Shown here: piece after piece, positions 10,049-19,806 of the stretch
Layout: each line of letters starts with the position of its first letter
Numbering within the stretch: position 1 is the first letter of the stretch
Source: Candidatus Palauibacter sp.
GTDB taxonomy: Bacteria > Gemmatimonadota > Gemmatimonadetes > Palauibacterales > Palauibacteraceae
Direction of reading: 5' to 3'
Assembly: GCF_965197445.1 (NCBI RefSeq)
Contig: NZ_CBDANE010000004.1
Location: 263,208 to 327,207, forward strand
DNA length: 64,000 nt
Notes under the pieces: model-generated
Database searches by the model: none
What the model was told of the DNA's origin: nothing
The model's input: the letters and a program-made list of their open reading frames with translations, nothing else
Made by a program: the position numbers and the translations under genes

Positions 10049-11875
10049 GTGAAGGCCGGCGACCCGGCCCGCATCCTGGTCCTCTCGAGCCGGCCGGACA
10101 TCCTCGACGCCGTACTGGAAGCCGCTTCGGGGATCGAGCCGATGCCCGAAGTTCGCGGGCTGTTCGGCCAGCCGCTGACCGTGCTCGACTCCGATCTCGT
10201 CCTCGTCGACATCGCGGAGCCCCGTGCGACGATGCCGTACCTGCAACGGAGGTTCGGTCCGGGGCCCTCCCTCGTGGCGCTCATCGAGGCCGCGTGGATC
10301 GATCGCCTGGGGTCGGCGGTCGCGGAGGATTGGACGGACTACCTGTTCTATCCTCTGAATGCCGACGAACTGGGGCTCGTCTGGCAGAAGCACACGGCCC
10401 CCGCGGACGCGCCCGAACTGAACCTCGATGTCGACGAATCAGGCCGCATTCGCGTCGTTTTCCCCTCCAGTGTGCGGTACCAGCGCGCCGTCGTCGAGCG
10501 GGTTGTGATCGCGTGCAGGCACCTCGCGGACCTCGATGGAGACACCGCGTTCCGGCTCCGGGTGACCCTCGGGGAAGCCGTCGCGAACGCGATCCTGTAC
10601 GGCAGCGGAGACCGCGCCGGGGCGGTGGTGCGAGTCGAAGCGGCGGCGTACCGGGACCGTCTGCGCGTGAGGGTCTCGGACGAAGGGGAAGGCTTTGATC
10701 CCGATGCCGTCCCCGACCCGATCTCGGAGGACGGCATCGAACGGGCTCGGGGTCGTGGGCTCTTCCTTCTGCGGCAACTGGCCGACGCGGTCGAGTTCAA
10801 CGAAGTCGGCAACGAAGTCGCGCTGACATTTCGCGGAGCGCCCGATCCCCTGGTGAGAATCGAGCCCCTGCTGGGTCGGTTCGCGGAGGTGACCGGGTTG
10901 AAGTTCCGGCTCGACCGCCTGTTCGAGGACGGCTCGCGGGTGCTCTTCGACAGTTGGGCGGGCGCGGAGGCGTCGGCCGACCCCGGGAAGATGCACGAGA
11001 CATGGCCGCTGGGGGCGGACGGAAGGCTCCGCCTCGTTCACGAAACGAGGGAGGGCGGTGGGTCCCCGCCTGCAGGAAGCGACATCGCCGCCTCGCTGTT
11101 GGCGGGGTGGCTCGCCGCCGTCGCGGAGGGTGAACAGGCAGGCGAGCGTCTGTTGGCGAGAAGATTGCGCCGCGAGCGGGTGCTCGCCGAACTCGAGGTC
11201 GCGAGGGACCTGCAGCTGCGGCTCCTGCCGCCGCCCGACGACTTTCGCGACCTCGCGCGTGTGGCCGCCCGGTGCGATCCGGCGCTCTCGCTGGGTGGGG
11301 ACTTCTACTACCTGGCCCGACTCCCCGGCGGCCGGCTCGGCGTCATGCTGGGCGACGTGAGTTCGCACGGCCCCTCGGCCGCGCTGATCATGGCCCGCAC
11401 ACTGAGCGCGGTGGCTGTGGCGACCGGAGTCGAGACGGAGCCGGCCGGGACACTGAACGCGATGCACGGGCATCTGCGAGCCGCGCTGGAGTCGACCGAG
11501 ATGTACATGACTCTCTTTTACGGCGTGCTCGATCCCGTCCGCCGGGAACTCCGCTACGCGAACGCCGGGCATCCCTACGCGTATCGGATCGAACCCGACG
11601 GCATCCGGCGGCTCGCGGCGCTCGATCCCCCCGTCGGTATCGCCCCGGTTCGCGAGTACCGGCAGGAGCGGGTCCCGTGGTCCGGCGGAACGCTGCTCGC
11701 TTTCACCGATGGGCTCGCGGAGTTGAGCGATCCCCTCGCGACCCCCGGCGCCCGGATCCGGAAACGGATCGACCGCGGCGATCTCGATCCCGATGCGCTG
11801 GTGGCAGCTCTGTTCGCCGACAGCGACGATGAGATGCGGCTGGACGACCGGACCGCGGTCGCGGCGAGTCTGTGA
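10049..11875 (+). CDS. tripartite signalling protein: receiver (REC) domain, RsbW/SpoIIAB-like anti-sigma serine kinase (HATPase_c), and PP2C/SpoIIE-type phosphatase
   Basis: 608 aa. N-term LVLVDIAEP...YLFYPLNADELGLVW is REC-like. The middle part, TLGEAVANAILYG...VRVSDEGEGFDP...GRGLFLLRQLADAVEF, is a GHKL ATPase of the RsbW type. The C-term DLQLRLLPP...GGDFYY...GDVSSHGPSAALIMA...FTDGLAE is PP2C (SpoIIE/RsbU-like). Confidence 0.8.
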   Translation: MKAGDPARILVLSSRPDILDAVLEAASGIEPMPEVRGLFGQPLTVLDSDLVLVDIAEPRATMPYLQRRFGPGPSLVALIEAAWIDRLGSAVAEDWTDYLFYPLNADELGLVWQKHTAPADAPELNLDVDESGRIRVVFPSSVRYQRAVVERVVIACRHLADLDGDTAFRLRVTLGEAVANAILYGSGDRAGAVVRVEAAAYRDRLRVRVSDEGEGFDPDAVPDPISEDGIERARGRGLFLLRQLADAVEFNEVGNEVALTFRGAPDPLVRIEPLLGRFAEVTGLKFRLDRLFEDGSRVLFDSWAGAEASADPGKMHETWPLGADGRLRLVHETREGGGSPPAGSDIAASLLAGWLAAVAEGEQAGERLLARRLRRERVLAELEVARDLQLRLLPPPDDFRDLARVAARCDPALSLGGDFYYLARLPGGRLGVMLGDVSSHGPSAALIMARTLSAVAVATGVETEPAGTLNAMHGHLRAALESTEMYMTLFYGVLDPVRRELRYANAGHPYAYRIEPDGIRRLAALDPPVGIAPVREYRQERVPWSGGTLLAFTDGLAELSDPLATPGARIRKRIDRGDLDPDALVAALFADSDDEMRLDDRTAVAASL

Positions 11876-12708
11876 CCCGCGAGGACGCGACGCGTCCGCG
11901 GGCGAAGCGGTCCCTGGGTCAGAACTTTCTCGTCGACCCGAACATTCAGCGCAAGATTGTGGACGAACTCGATCCCCGGCCTGCGGACACCGTGCTCGAG
12001 GTCGGACCGGGCCACGGGGAACTGAGCCGACATCTGCTCGACCGCTGCCGGCGGCTCGTCCTGGTCGAGAAGGACCGGGATCTCGCCCGCGAGCTGGAGG
12101 CGCGATGGGGCGGGCGCCCGGGTGTCGAGGTGGTGGAGGGCGACGCCCTGCGCCTCGATCTGTCCGCGGCGGCCCGACCGGACTCCCCGGTTCGAGTCGT
12201 GTCGAACGTCCCCTACAACATCACCTCGCCTCTGGTGTTCGCCTTTCTCGGGCTCGACCCCGCCGCCGCCCGCATCGTGATCACCGTGCAGCGGGAGGTG
12301 GCCGAGCGAATTGTCGCGACCCCGGGGTCCAAGGCCTATGGCGCACTGTCCGTCGGAATCCAGGCGATCGCCGATGCGGGGCTCGCCTTCCGGGTCGGGC
12401 GACAGGCGTTCCGTCCCGTGCCGGCGGTCGACTCGGCCGTGGTGCGCCTGTGGCCTCGACCGGACGCCGCCGAGGTGGACAGGACCGCGCTCAGGAGGCT
12501 GACACGGGCGTGCTTCAACCGACGCCGCAAACAGCTTCAGAAGACGCTCCGAACGGCACCCGAGCTGGGGTTCGAGGGGGACGCGGCGGCCGTCCTGACG
12601 GATCTCTCCATCGACCCCGCGGCGCGACCGGAGTCTCTCGATCCGGTGACATTCGTTGCTCTGGCGACGAGGCTGGACGCGCTACGGGGCCAGGTCACCT
12701 CGCGTTGA
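11872..12708 (+). CDS. rsmA: 16S rRNA (adenine1518/1519-N6)-dimethyltransferase
   Basis: SLGQNFLVDPNIQRKIVD...VLEVGPGHGELS...VVSNVPYNITSP is KsgA/RsmA. Confidence 0.92.
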   Translation: MTREDATRPRAKRSLGQNFLVDPNIQRKIVDELDPRPADTVLEVGPGHGELSRHLLDRCRRLVLVEKDRDLARELEARWGGRPGVEVVEGDALRLDLSAAARPDSPVRVVSNVPYNITSPLVFAFLGLDPAAARIVITVQREVAERIVATPGSKAYGALSVGIQAIADAGLAFRVGRQAFRPVPAVDSAVVRLWPRPDAAEVDRTALRRLTRACFNRRRKQLQKTLRTAPELGFEGDAAAVLTDLSIDPAARPESLDPVTFVALATRLDALRGQVTSR

Positions 12709-12735
12709 GTTGAGGACGATCCGGGCCTATCTTGG

Positions 12736-12753
12736 TTTGTGAATACTTTCACA
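12736..12753. promoter_or_regulatory. Rex operator (perfect inverted repeat TTGTGAAtactTTCACAA)
   Basis: A literal match to the Rex-box consensus TTGTGAA-N4-TTCACAA, sitting 10 nt upstream of the likely rex ATG (12763). It is in AT-rich DNA between rsmA and rex. Confidence 0.8.
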
Positions 12754-12762
12754 AGGCTTGGG

Positions 12763-13416
12763 ATGAGCGGCAGAATTTCCGATTCGACGGTCCGGCGTCT
12801 CTCCCTGTACCTCCGCATGCTGCGTGACCTGGAACGTGCCGGCGTGGAGGTTGTGTCCAGTTCGCAGCTCGCCGAACCCTCGGGCGCGACATCGGCGCAG
12901 GTTCGAAAGGACCTCAGCCATTTCGGTTCGTTCGGGAAGCGCGGGCGCGGATACTCGGTCGAGCGTCTCGTGGGGGCGCTGCAGGAGATCCTCGGGCTCA
13001 CTCACAGTTGGCGCCTGGCGCTCGTCGGCGTCGGCAAGATCGGTTCGGCGCTCCTCGGCTACGGCGGCCTCGCAGCCCGGGGGTTCGATGTGGTGGCCGC
13101 GTTCGATGTCGACGAGGCGAAGATCGGGACTCACTCTTTCGGTCTGACCATCCGGCCGATGCCGGAGCTCCGGCACGTCATCTCGGAATTGGGCGTGGAT
13201 ATCGGAGTTGTCGCGACCCCCACGGACGTAGCGTCGGAGATCGCGGCGGAGCTCGCGCGAGCGGGAGTGGGGGCGATCCTCAACTTCGCACCGATCGAAC
13301 TCGCCGAAGTGAACGGAGTGCCGATCCGGACCGTGGATATTGTTCTTGAACTGGAAGGCCTGAGCTACCTGCTATCGGAGGTAGGCCGGCGGGTTGCGAG
13401 CGGCGCTGGCGCGTGA
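12763..13416 (+). CDS. rex: redox-sensing transcriptional repressor Rex
   Basis: MSGRISDSTVRRLSLYLRMLRDLERAGVEVVSSSQLAE... with a Rossmann GVGKIGSALL dinucleotide motif. The ORF-track start at 12739 (GTG) would overlap the operator, so I prefer ATG 12763. Confidence 0.88.
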   Translation: MSGRISDSTVRRLSLYLRMLRDLERAGVEVVSSSQLAEPSGATSAQVRKDLSHFGSFGKRGRGYSVERLVGALQEILGLTHSWRLALVGVGKIGSALLGYGGLAARGFDVVAAFDVDEAKIGTHSFGLTIRPMPELRHVISELGVDIGVVATPTDVASEIAAELARAGVGAILNFAPIELAEVNGVPIRTVDIVLELEGLSYLLSEVGRRVASGAGA

Positions 13417-13447
13417 GCGTCCGGGGAGGAGTCGCTACGGCGGGGAG

Positions 13448-14350
13448 ATGTCGCGGCTTCCGGCGGTGAGCTTCGCTCCGGAAGGGGTTCTGGTTCGCAA
13501 GGCCCTGGATCGCCTGGAGCGGGGCCCCTGTGGAGCGCATGAGCTCGCCGCCGACGTGTTCGGCCTGCGCGGTGGACCCCGCGAAATGGCCACTCGGCTC
13601 GTGGCACAGCTTCTAGATGACGTCCCCGAGGTCGTCCGTGGTGGGCCGGACGGCGAGGTCTGGCGGCTGGCCGGGCGCGGAGGGGCCACTGCGGAGCAGC
13701 CGGCCCGCGGGCTGCGCGACCTTCGGTTCGCGGTGGTGGATGTGGAGACGAATGGCGGCATCGCGGGGGCCGGCGGCCGGGTGGTGGAAATCGCGATCGT
13801 CGACGTGGACCGGGGCGCCGTCGGGGGGTGCTATTCGACCCTCGTGGACGCGGGGGTGACGATCCCGCCCTGGATCACCCGCCTGACCGGGATCCGTACG
13901 GAGATGACCCGGGGCGCGCCCAGCTTTTCGCAGATATCCGACCGTGTGCGCGAGCGACTGAGCGGTCGGGTGTTCGTCGCGCACAACGCGGGGTACGATT
14001 GGGGTTTCCTGCGCGCCGAGATGAGACGAGCCGGAGCCGCCGTGCCGCGCGGACCGCGCTTGTGCACGGTCCATATGGCGCGCCGACTTTTGCCGGGGCT
14101 CGAGCGTCGCGGGCTGGACGCGGTCGCCGACTACTACGGAGTCGAGATCCGCGACCGGCACCGCGCCCGGGGGGATGCTGTCGCGACGGCCCAGATCCTC
14201 GTCCACATGCTCGGGGAGGCCGAGAGGCGCGGGTGGACGACGTGGCCGGCGCTTCGAAGGGGTCTCGGGCGGCTTCCGCGGCGTAAGGGTCGGGCCAGGA
14301 CTGCCGCAGAACGCCGGAAAGGGCCTCCATCAGAGAACGACAAGGGATGA
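13448..14350 (+). CDS. DnaQ-family 3'-5' exonuclease (DNA polymerase III epsilon-like) with a ~95 aa N-terminal extension
   Basis: Exo I FAVVDVETNGG, Exo II VFVAHNAGYDWGFL, and Exo III HRARGDAVATAQIL. An alternative TTG start at 13394 would overlap the rex 3' end. Confidence 0.8.
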   Translation: MSRLPAVSFAPEGVLVRKALDRLERGPCGAHELAADVFGLRGGPREMATRLVAQLLDDVPEVVRGGPDGEVWRLAGRGGATAEQPARGLRDLRFAVVDVETNGGIAGAGGRVVEIAIVDVDRGAVGGCYSTLVDAGVTIPPWITRLTGIRTEMTRGAPSFSQISDRVRERLSGRVFVAHNAGYDWGFLRAEMRRAGAAVPRGPRLCTVHMARRLLPGLERRGLDAVADYYGVEIRDRHRARGDAVATAQILVHMLGEAERRGWTTWPALRRGLGRLPRRKGRARTAAERRKGPPSENDKG

Positions 14351-14360
14351 ACGACAGAAG

Positions 14361-15578
14361 ATGAACGACAGAGACAAGGACCGGACCCCCGTAATCGTGT
14401 CCGCCGCGCGGCTCCCCACGGGTCGTTTCATGGGCGGACTCTCCTCCCTCAAGGCTCCGGACCTCGGCGGACTCGCGATCTCGGCGACGGTCGAACGGGC
14501 CGGCGTCGAGCTCGACGACATCGACGACGTGATCATGGGGAACGTGGTACAGGCGGGCGTCGGGCAGGCCCCGGCGCGCCAGGCCGCGATTCTGGGCGGT
14601 GTGCCGGAGACGGTCCCCGCGGTGACCATCAACAAGGTCTGTGGCTCGGGTCTCAAGGCCGTCATGCTCGCGGCCCAGGCGATCAAGGCGGGGGACGCCC
14701 GGGTCGTCGTCGCGGGCGGGATGGAATCGATGTCGAACGCACCCTATCTCCTCCGAGGGCATCGGGAAGGCGTCAAGTTCGGCGACCGGTCGCTCGTCGA
14801 CGGTCTCATCCACGACGGCCTGTGGTGCGCGTTCGGGACCTGCCACATGGGGGGACACGCCGAATACACAGCCCACAAGGCGAGGGTGAGCCGGGAGGAC
14901 CAGGACGCCTTCGCCCTCCTGAGCCACCAAAGGGCGATCCACGCGATCGATGCAGGGGAGTTCACGGCAGAAGTCGTGCCCGTTCACATCGAAACGCGCA
15001 GGGGCACCGTGACCGTCGACGTGGACGAGCCCCCCCGTCGGGGCACCTCGATCGAGGCGCTGGCGAAGCTCAGACCGGCGTTCGCCGGAGACGCACCCGC
15101 CGAAGTCACCGAACCCAGCGTCACGCCCGGGAATGCCCCGGGTCTCAACGATGGGGCCGCCGCGACCGTGGTCACCTCCGAAGCCTACGCCGAGGCGCAC
15201 GGGCTCACCGTTCTGGGCCGAATACGGGCCTACGCCGTCGGAGCCACGGCGCCGCGGGATCTGTTTTTCGCGCCGGTCGCGGCCGTGACGAAGCTCATGA
15301 CGCTCGACGGTGCGGTAACGGCGGACTACGGGCTGGTCGAGATGAACGAGGCGTTCGCCGTGCAGGTGCTGGCGGACGCCCGCGAACTGAGGCTGGACCT
15401 GGATCGCGTGAACGTTCGCGGCGGGGCGATCGCGCTCGGGCACCCGATCGGAGCTTCGGGCGCGAAGATCCTCACGACGTTGCTGTATGCCATGCGGGAC
15501 AGGGATGTCGAGCGAGGCATGGCCACGCTGTGCCTCGGTGGTGGGAACGCCGTCGCCATGAGTGTCGAGCGAGTTTGA
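14361..15578 (+). CDS. acetyl-CoA C-acetyltransferase (thiolase II)
   Basis: [17 protein letters not shown]...[11 protein letters not shown] (active Cys)...GGMESMS...[10 protein letters not shown]. The in-frame ATG is at 14361. An upstream out-of-frame ATG at 14347 gives MNDRR* only. Confidence 0.9.
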   Translation: MNDRDKDRTPVIVSAARLPTGRFMGGLSSLKAPDLGGLAISATVERAGVELDDIDDVIMGNVVQAGVGQAPARQAAILGGVPETVPAVTINKVCGSGLKAVMLAAQAIKAGDARVVVAGGMESMSNAPYLLRGHREGVKFGDRSLVDGLIHDGLWCAFGTCHMGGHAEYTAHKARVSREDQDAFALLSHQRAIHAIDAGEFTAEVVPVHIETRRGTVTVDVDEPPRRGTSIEALAKLRPAFAGDAPAEVTEPSVTPGNAPGLNDGAAATVVTSEAYAEAHGLTVLGRIRAYAVGATAPRDLFFAPVAAVTKLMTLDGAVTADYGLVEMNEAFAVQVLADARELRLDLDRVNVRGGAIALGHPIGASGAKILTTLLYAMRDRDVERGMATLCLGGGNAVAMSVERV

Positions 15579-15586
15579 ACAGGGAG

Positions 15587-16417
15587 ATGACGAGATGGGC
15601 CTGGGTCGGGAGGCTGGCGGGGTTCGTCGCCCTCTTCATGGCCTGCGCGTTCGTGTTTTTCATTGGGGCTGCGCTGCTCACGGGGAGCCTCGGCGCCGGG
15701 TCGTCGCCGGTGCTCGACTGGTGGACCGTGCTTCCAGGGCTGGCGGCGGCCTTCGCCGCGACCTGGGTGCTGGCCGTAACGATCGATGGACGCCCGCTCG
15801 CCTGGCTCGGACTCCGGGGCGGGCGCCGGGGGGCGGTCGAACTCGTCCTCGGGTCCCTGGCCGGGATGGCGATCGTGGGGGCTACGATCCTCGTCCTGGC
15901 CCTCGCGGGCTGGGTGTCGTGGAGCGCCGGTACACACGGGGGCGTGCTGATGGCGCTGGAGGTGTCGCTGCTCCTTCTGGCCGCCGCCTTTGCGGAGGAA
16001 CTGCTCTTCCGCGGTTATCCCTTCCGGGTCCTCGAGGGCCGGTTCGGGCCGGCCGTGGCCCTTGGCGCGACCTCTGTGGCGTTCGGGCTCCTGCACGGCG
16101 GCAACCCCGGGATCGGCCCGCTGGCGCTGGTCAACCTCACGCTCGCCGGGGTGATGCTCGGCGTCGCGTACTGGCGGTCCCGGAGCCTCTGGTTCGTGGG
16201 CGGCCTGCACTTCGGATGGAACTGGGCGCTGGCGGCCAGCGGCCTGTCCGTGAGCGGGATCGAAGTGTCAATATCCGGTCTCGATCCGGTCGTCTCCGGC
16301 CCGCCGCTGTGGACGGGGGGGACGTTCGGGCCCGAGGGCGGGTTGACGGCCACCTTTTTGACGGCGCTGGGGACGGTCTGGCTGTGGCGGATCGCCGGCT
16401 CCGGGCGGGGCGGATGA
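15587..16417 (+). CDS. CPBP-family intramembrane glutamic metalloprotease (CAAX protease/Abi-like)
   Basis: Multi-TM protein with EELLFRG...FGLLHG...HFGWN motifs. Confidence 0.8.
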   Translation: MTRWAWVGRLAGFVALFMACAFVFFIGAALLTGSLGAGSSPVLDWWTVLPGLAAAFAATWVLAVTIDGRPLAWLGLRGGRRGAVELVLGSLAGMAIVGATILVLALAGWVSWSAGTHGGVLMALEVSLLLLAAAFAEELLFRGYPFRVLEGRFGPAVALGATSVAFGLLHGGNPGIGPLALVNLTLAGVMLGVAYWRSRSLWFVGGLHFGWNWALAASGLSVSGIEVSISGLDPVVSGPPLWTGGTFGPEGGLTATFLTALGTVWLWRIAGSGRGG

Positions 16418-16434
16418 TTCGAGCGGATGATGTG

Positions 16435-17283
16435 ATGCGCGTCGGTGTCGTCGGGGCGGGCACGATGGGGAGCGGGATCGCGCATGTCTTCGGACTCGCC
16501 GGCATCTCCTGCCGCCTGGTCGATGTCGACACGGAGGCGCTTGGCCGTGCACGCGACTCCATCGAGAGCAACCTCACGCGACAGGTCCGTCGCGAACTCA
16601 TCTCCCCGGACGAGGCCGAAGTGGCGCTGGGCCGGATCAAGACCGGCCGGAACCTCGATGCCATGGGCGACGCCGAAGTCGTGGTGGAGGCCGCCAGCGA
16701 GCGCCCCGCCCTCAAGTTCGAGCTGGTCGAGCAGCTGTCGTCGATCGTAGCGGCGGACACGCTGCTCGCCTCCAATACCAGCTCGATTTCGATCACGGAG
16801 ATCGCGGCCAGGGCCGCCGCCCCCGCGCGTGTGATCGGGATGCACTTCATGAATCCAGTCCCCGTGATGCGGCTCGTCGAAGTCATCCGCGGGCTCGAGA
16901 CCTCCGACGAAGCAACCACACTGACGCTGGGACTCTGTAAGCGGCTGGCGAAGACCGCGGTGCTGGCGAACGACTTCCCGGGTTTCGTCGCCAATCGGAT
17001 CCTCATGCCGATGATCAACGAGGCCGTGTACTGTCTCATGGAAGGGGTGGCCGACATCGAGGCGGTGGACACCGTCATGAAACTCGGGATGAACCACCCC
17101 ATGGGGCCGCTCGCGCTGGCCGACCTCATCGGGCTCGACACATGTCTGGCGATCATGCGGGTGCTGCACGCCGAACTCGGCGACGGCAAGTACCGCCCGT
17201 GCCCGCTACTCGCGAAGTACGTGGCCGCGGGGCGGCTGGGCCGCAAGACCGGACGCGGCTTCTACGACTATGCGGGCGGATGA
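16435..17283 (+). CDS. hbd: 3-hydroxybutyryl-CoA dehydrogenase (3-hydroxyacyl-CoA dehydrogenase, short chain)
   Basis: [18 protein letters not shown] (NAD-binding GxGxxG)...[11 protein letters not shown]...[16 protein letters not shown]. An alternative ATG at 16414 overlaps the CPBP stop. Confidence 0.88.
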   Translation: MRVGVVGAGTMGSGIAHVFGLAGISCRLVDVDTEALGRARDSIESNLTRQVRRELISPDEAEVALGRIKTGRNLDAMGDAEVVVEAASERPALKFELVEQLSSIVAADTLLASNTSSISITEIAARAAAPARVIGMHFMNPVPVMRLVEVIRGLETSDEATTLTLGLCKRLAKTAVLANDFPGFVANRILMPMINEAVYCLMEGVADIEAVDTVMKLGMNHPMGPLALADLIGLDTCLAIMRVLHAELGDGKYRPCPLLAKYVAAGRLGRKTGRGFYDYAGG

Positions 17284-18473
17284 CGACGCATCGACGGGCC
17301 TGGTCGGCTCTCCAACTCTCGGCCGAGGCGCGGCAGGTCCTCGGCCTCGCCCGGCAGTTCGCCGAGGAACGGCTGAGGCCGACGGCCGAGACCCGGGATG
17401 CGAACGAAGAAACGTTCGACGTCGCGATCCACGGCGAACTGGCGGAGCTCGGGTTCCTCGCCATGCGGGTGCCGGAGCGCTACGACGGCCTGGGGCTGGA
17501 TCTCGTCACCTACCTCTACGTGCTGGAAGAGCTGGCGTGGGGCGACGCGGGTGTCGCGGTGTCCGTCAGCGTGCACAACTCGCTCCCGGTTTCGATTCTG
17601 CTCAGGCGGGGCAGCGAGGCACAGCGTCAGCACTGGCTCCCGCGGATGGCCGGCGGAGAGGTCCTGAGCGCCTTCTCGCTCTCGGAAGCCGGCGCGGGCA
17701 CCGATGCGGCGGCGCTTCGCACGCAGGCCACACGGACGGATGGCGGTTGGGTGCTCAACGGGGAGAAGTTGTGGGTGACGAACGGCGGCTCTGCCGATCT
17801 CATCCTGATCTTCGCCCGGACCGACACGCCGGAAGACCGGAGAGGCTCGCGGGGCATCGGGGCCTTCCTCCTACCGGCCGGGGTCGAAGGCCTGTCCGTG
17901 GGCAGGAAGGAGCGCAAGATGGGACAGCGCGGCTCGGAGACCGTCGCGCTGTCACTCGAGAACGTCTTTCTCGGAGATGAATGCCTGGTCGGAGAACCCA
18001 ACTACGGCTTCTCCTATGCCCTCGAGGGGCTGGAGGGCGGGAGGCTCGGTATCGCGGCCCAGGCGCTCGGCATCGCCTCGGCCGCGGTAGACGAGGCCTT
18101 CGAGTATGCGCACACTCGCCGGCAGTTCGGTCGTGCGCTGCGGGAGTTCCAGGGGATGGAGTTCAAGCTGGGTGACATGGTGACCCGCCTCGAGGCCGCG
18201 CGAGGACTCCTCGAGCGAGCGGCCGCCGCGCACACCATGGGCGATCCGCGGGCGCGCCGACTGTCCAGCGTGGCGAAGCTGTTCGCCAGCGAGACCGCCA
18301 TGCAGAATGCCCGCGAGGCGGTCCAGGTCTTCGGAAGCTACGGGTATTCCCGGGAATACCCGGTGGAACGTCTGTTCCGGGACGCGAAGGTTACGGAGAT
18401 CTACGAGGGCGCCAACGAAATGCACCGCAGCCTGATCGCGCGACAACTCTACAGGGAAAGGGAATACGCGTGA
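17280..18473 (+). CDS. acyl-CoA dehydrogenase (short/branched-chain type)
   Basis: [15 protein letters not shown]...[11 protein letters not shown]...[38 protein letters not shown]. The ATG overlaps the hbd stop (ATGA). Confidence 0.9.
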   Translation: MTTHRRAWSALQLSAEARQVLGLARQFAEERLRPTAETRDANEETFDVAIHGELAELGFLAMRVPERYDGLGLDLVTYLYVLEELAWGDAGVAVSVSVHNSLPVSILLRRGSEAQRQHWLPRMAGGEVLSAFSLSEAGAGTDAAALRTQATRTDGGWVLNGEKLWVTNGGSADLILIFARTDTPEDRRGSRGIGAFLLPAGVEGLSVGRKERKMGQRGSETVALSLENVFLGDECLVGEPNYGFSYALEGLEGGRLGIAAQALGIASAAVDEAFEYAHTRRQFGRALREFQGMEFKLGDMVTRLEAARGLLERAAAAHTMGDPRARRLSSVAKLFASETAMQNAREAVQVFGSYGYSREYPVERLFRDAKVTEIYEGANEMHRSLIARQLYREREYA

Positions 18474-19780
18474 GTTCGACGGCGGAACGTACTCGAATCG
18501 GCCAGCTGGACCCCCGCCCTCTGCGCCAGACCGATCCCGCGGTGGCGGATGCGATAGATCGCGAACTCGAACGGCAACGCACGGGCCTGGAACTGATTGC
18601 GAGCGAGAACTTCGTGTCGCGCGGCGTCCTCGAGGCCACGGGCAGCGTGATGACGAACAAGTACGCCGAGGGCTACCCCGGGCGCCGGTATTACGGCGGG
18701 TGCGAGTTCGTGGACGCGGTGGAGGATCTCGCCCGCGACCGGGCCCGTGAACTGTTCGGGGCCGACCACAGCAACGTGCAGGCACACAGCGGCTCCGGCG
18801 CGAACATGACCGCGCTCCAGGCGCTCACCGAGCCGGGATCGACGCTTCTCGGGATGGACCTGTCGCACGGCGGGCACCTCACGCACGGATCCAGAGTCAA
18901 CTTCTCGGGGCTCTGGTATCGCGTCGTGCCCTACGGCGTGCGGGCCTCGGACCGGACCATCGACTACGACGCTCTCCGAGAGACCGCGCTCGAGGTGCGG
19001 CCGGCGGTGATCATCGCGGGGGCCAGCGCCTACCCTCGCGAGATCGATTTTGCGCGCTTCGCGGAGATCGCTGCGGAATGCGGGGCTCGCGTCCTCGTCG
19101 ATATGGCGCACATCGCGGGGCTAGTGGCCACGGGACATCATCCGTCGCCCGTCCCGCACGCCGATGTCGTAACGACCACGACCCACAAGACACTGCGGGG
19201 GCCGCGCGGCGGACTGGTGCTCTGCCGCGAGGAACACGCCGCAGCGGTCGACAAGGCTGTGTTTCCCGGCTTGCAGGGCGGTCCGCTGATGCATGTGATC
19301 GCCGCCAAGGCGGTAGCGTTGGGAGAGGCGCTCCGACCGGGGTTCCGCGACTATTCCGTGCTCGTCGTGCGAAACGCACGCGCGCTGGCGGCCCGCCTCG
19401 CCGAGCACGGTTACGATCTCGTCGCAGGCGGGACGGACACACACCTCATGCTCGTAGACCTGCGCACGACGAGTCTCACGGGCAAGGACGCCGAGGCGCT
19501 CCTGGGCCGGGCCGGCATCACGGTAAACAAGAACACGGTGCCGTTCGAGACACGCTCTCCCTTCGTGGCGTCGGGCATCCGGATCGGTACGGCGGCCCTG
19601 TCCACCCGCGCCATGGACGAGACCGAAATGAGGAAGATCGCCGACCTCATGCACCGGGCCCTCTGTTCGGAGGGCGACGAAACGGTCCTGGCTGCGATCG
19701 AGGCGGAAGTTCGAGCGCTGTGCTCCGATTTCCCCCTCTATCCGGAGAGCGCGGGCGTATCGAAAGGCCCCGTGGCTTGA
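18470..19780 (+). CDS. glyA: serine hydroxymethyltransferase
   Basis: [38 protein letters not shown]...[14 protein letters not shown] (the PLP lysine). 436 aa. Confidence 0.93.
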   Translation: MSSTAERTRIGQLDPRPLRQTDPAVADAIDRELERQRTGLELIASENFVSRGVLEATGSVMTNKYAEGYPGRRYYGGCEFVDAVEDLARDRARELFGADHSNVQAHSGSGANMTALQALTEPGSTLLGMDLSHGGHLTHGSRVNFSGLWYRVVPYGVRASDRTIDYDALRETALEVRPAVIIAGASAYPREIDFARFAEIAAECGARVLVDMAHIAGLVATGHHPSPVPHADVVTTTTHKTLRGPRGGLVLCREEHAAAVDKAVFPGLQGGPLMHVIAAKAVALGEALRPGFRDYSVLVVRNARALAARLAEHGYDLVAGGTDTHLMLVDLRTTSLTGKDAEALLGRAGITVNKNTVPFETRSPFVASGIRIGTAALSTRAMDETEMRKIADLMHRALCSEGDETVLAAIEAEVRALCSDFPLYPESAGVSKGPVA

Positions 19781-19806
19781 CGCCAACTTTTTCCCGCGTC
19801 TAACTT

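Noticed and set aside
10294-11572. ORFs 10294-10698 (+), 10439-11572 (-) and 11058-11360 (+) inside the kinase/phosphatase fusion gene
   Set aside because: These are alternative-frame or antisense ORFs with Arg/Gly/Pro-rich low-complexity products. The 10049-11875 frame carries three coherent, recognisable domains.
16414-16434. Longer hbd start [11 protein letters not shown]... (ATG 16414, overlapping the CPBP stop)
   Set aside because: 3-hydroxyacyl-CoA dehydrogenases begin directly with the GxGxxG Rossmann strand (M-x-x-V/I-G-V-I/V-G-A-G). [12 protein letters not shown] at 16435 fits exactly. The longer form remains possible, and both are noted in the feature evidence.
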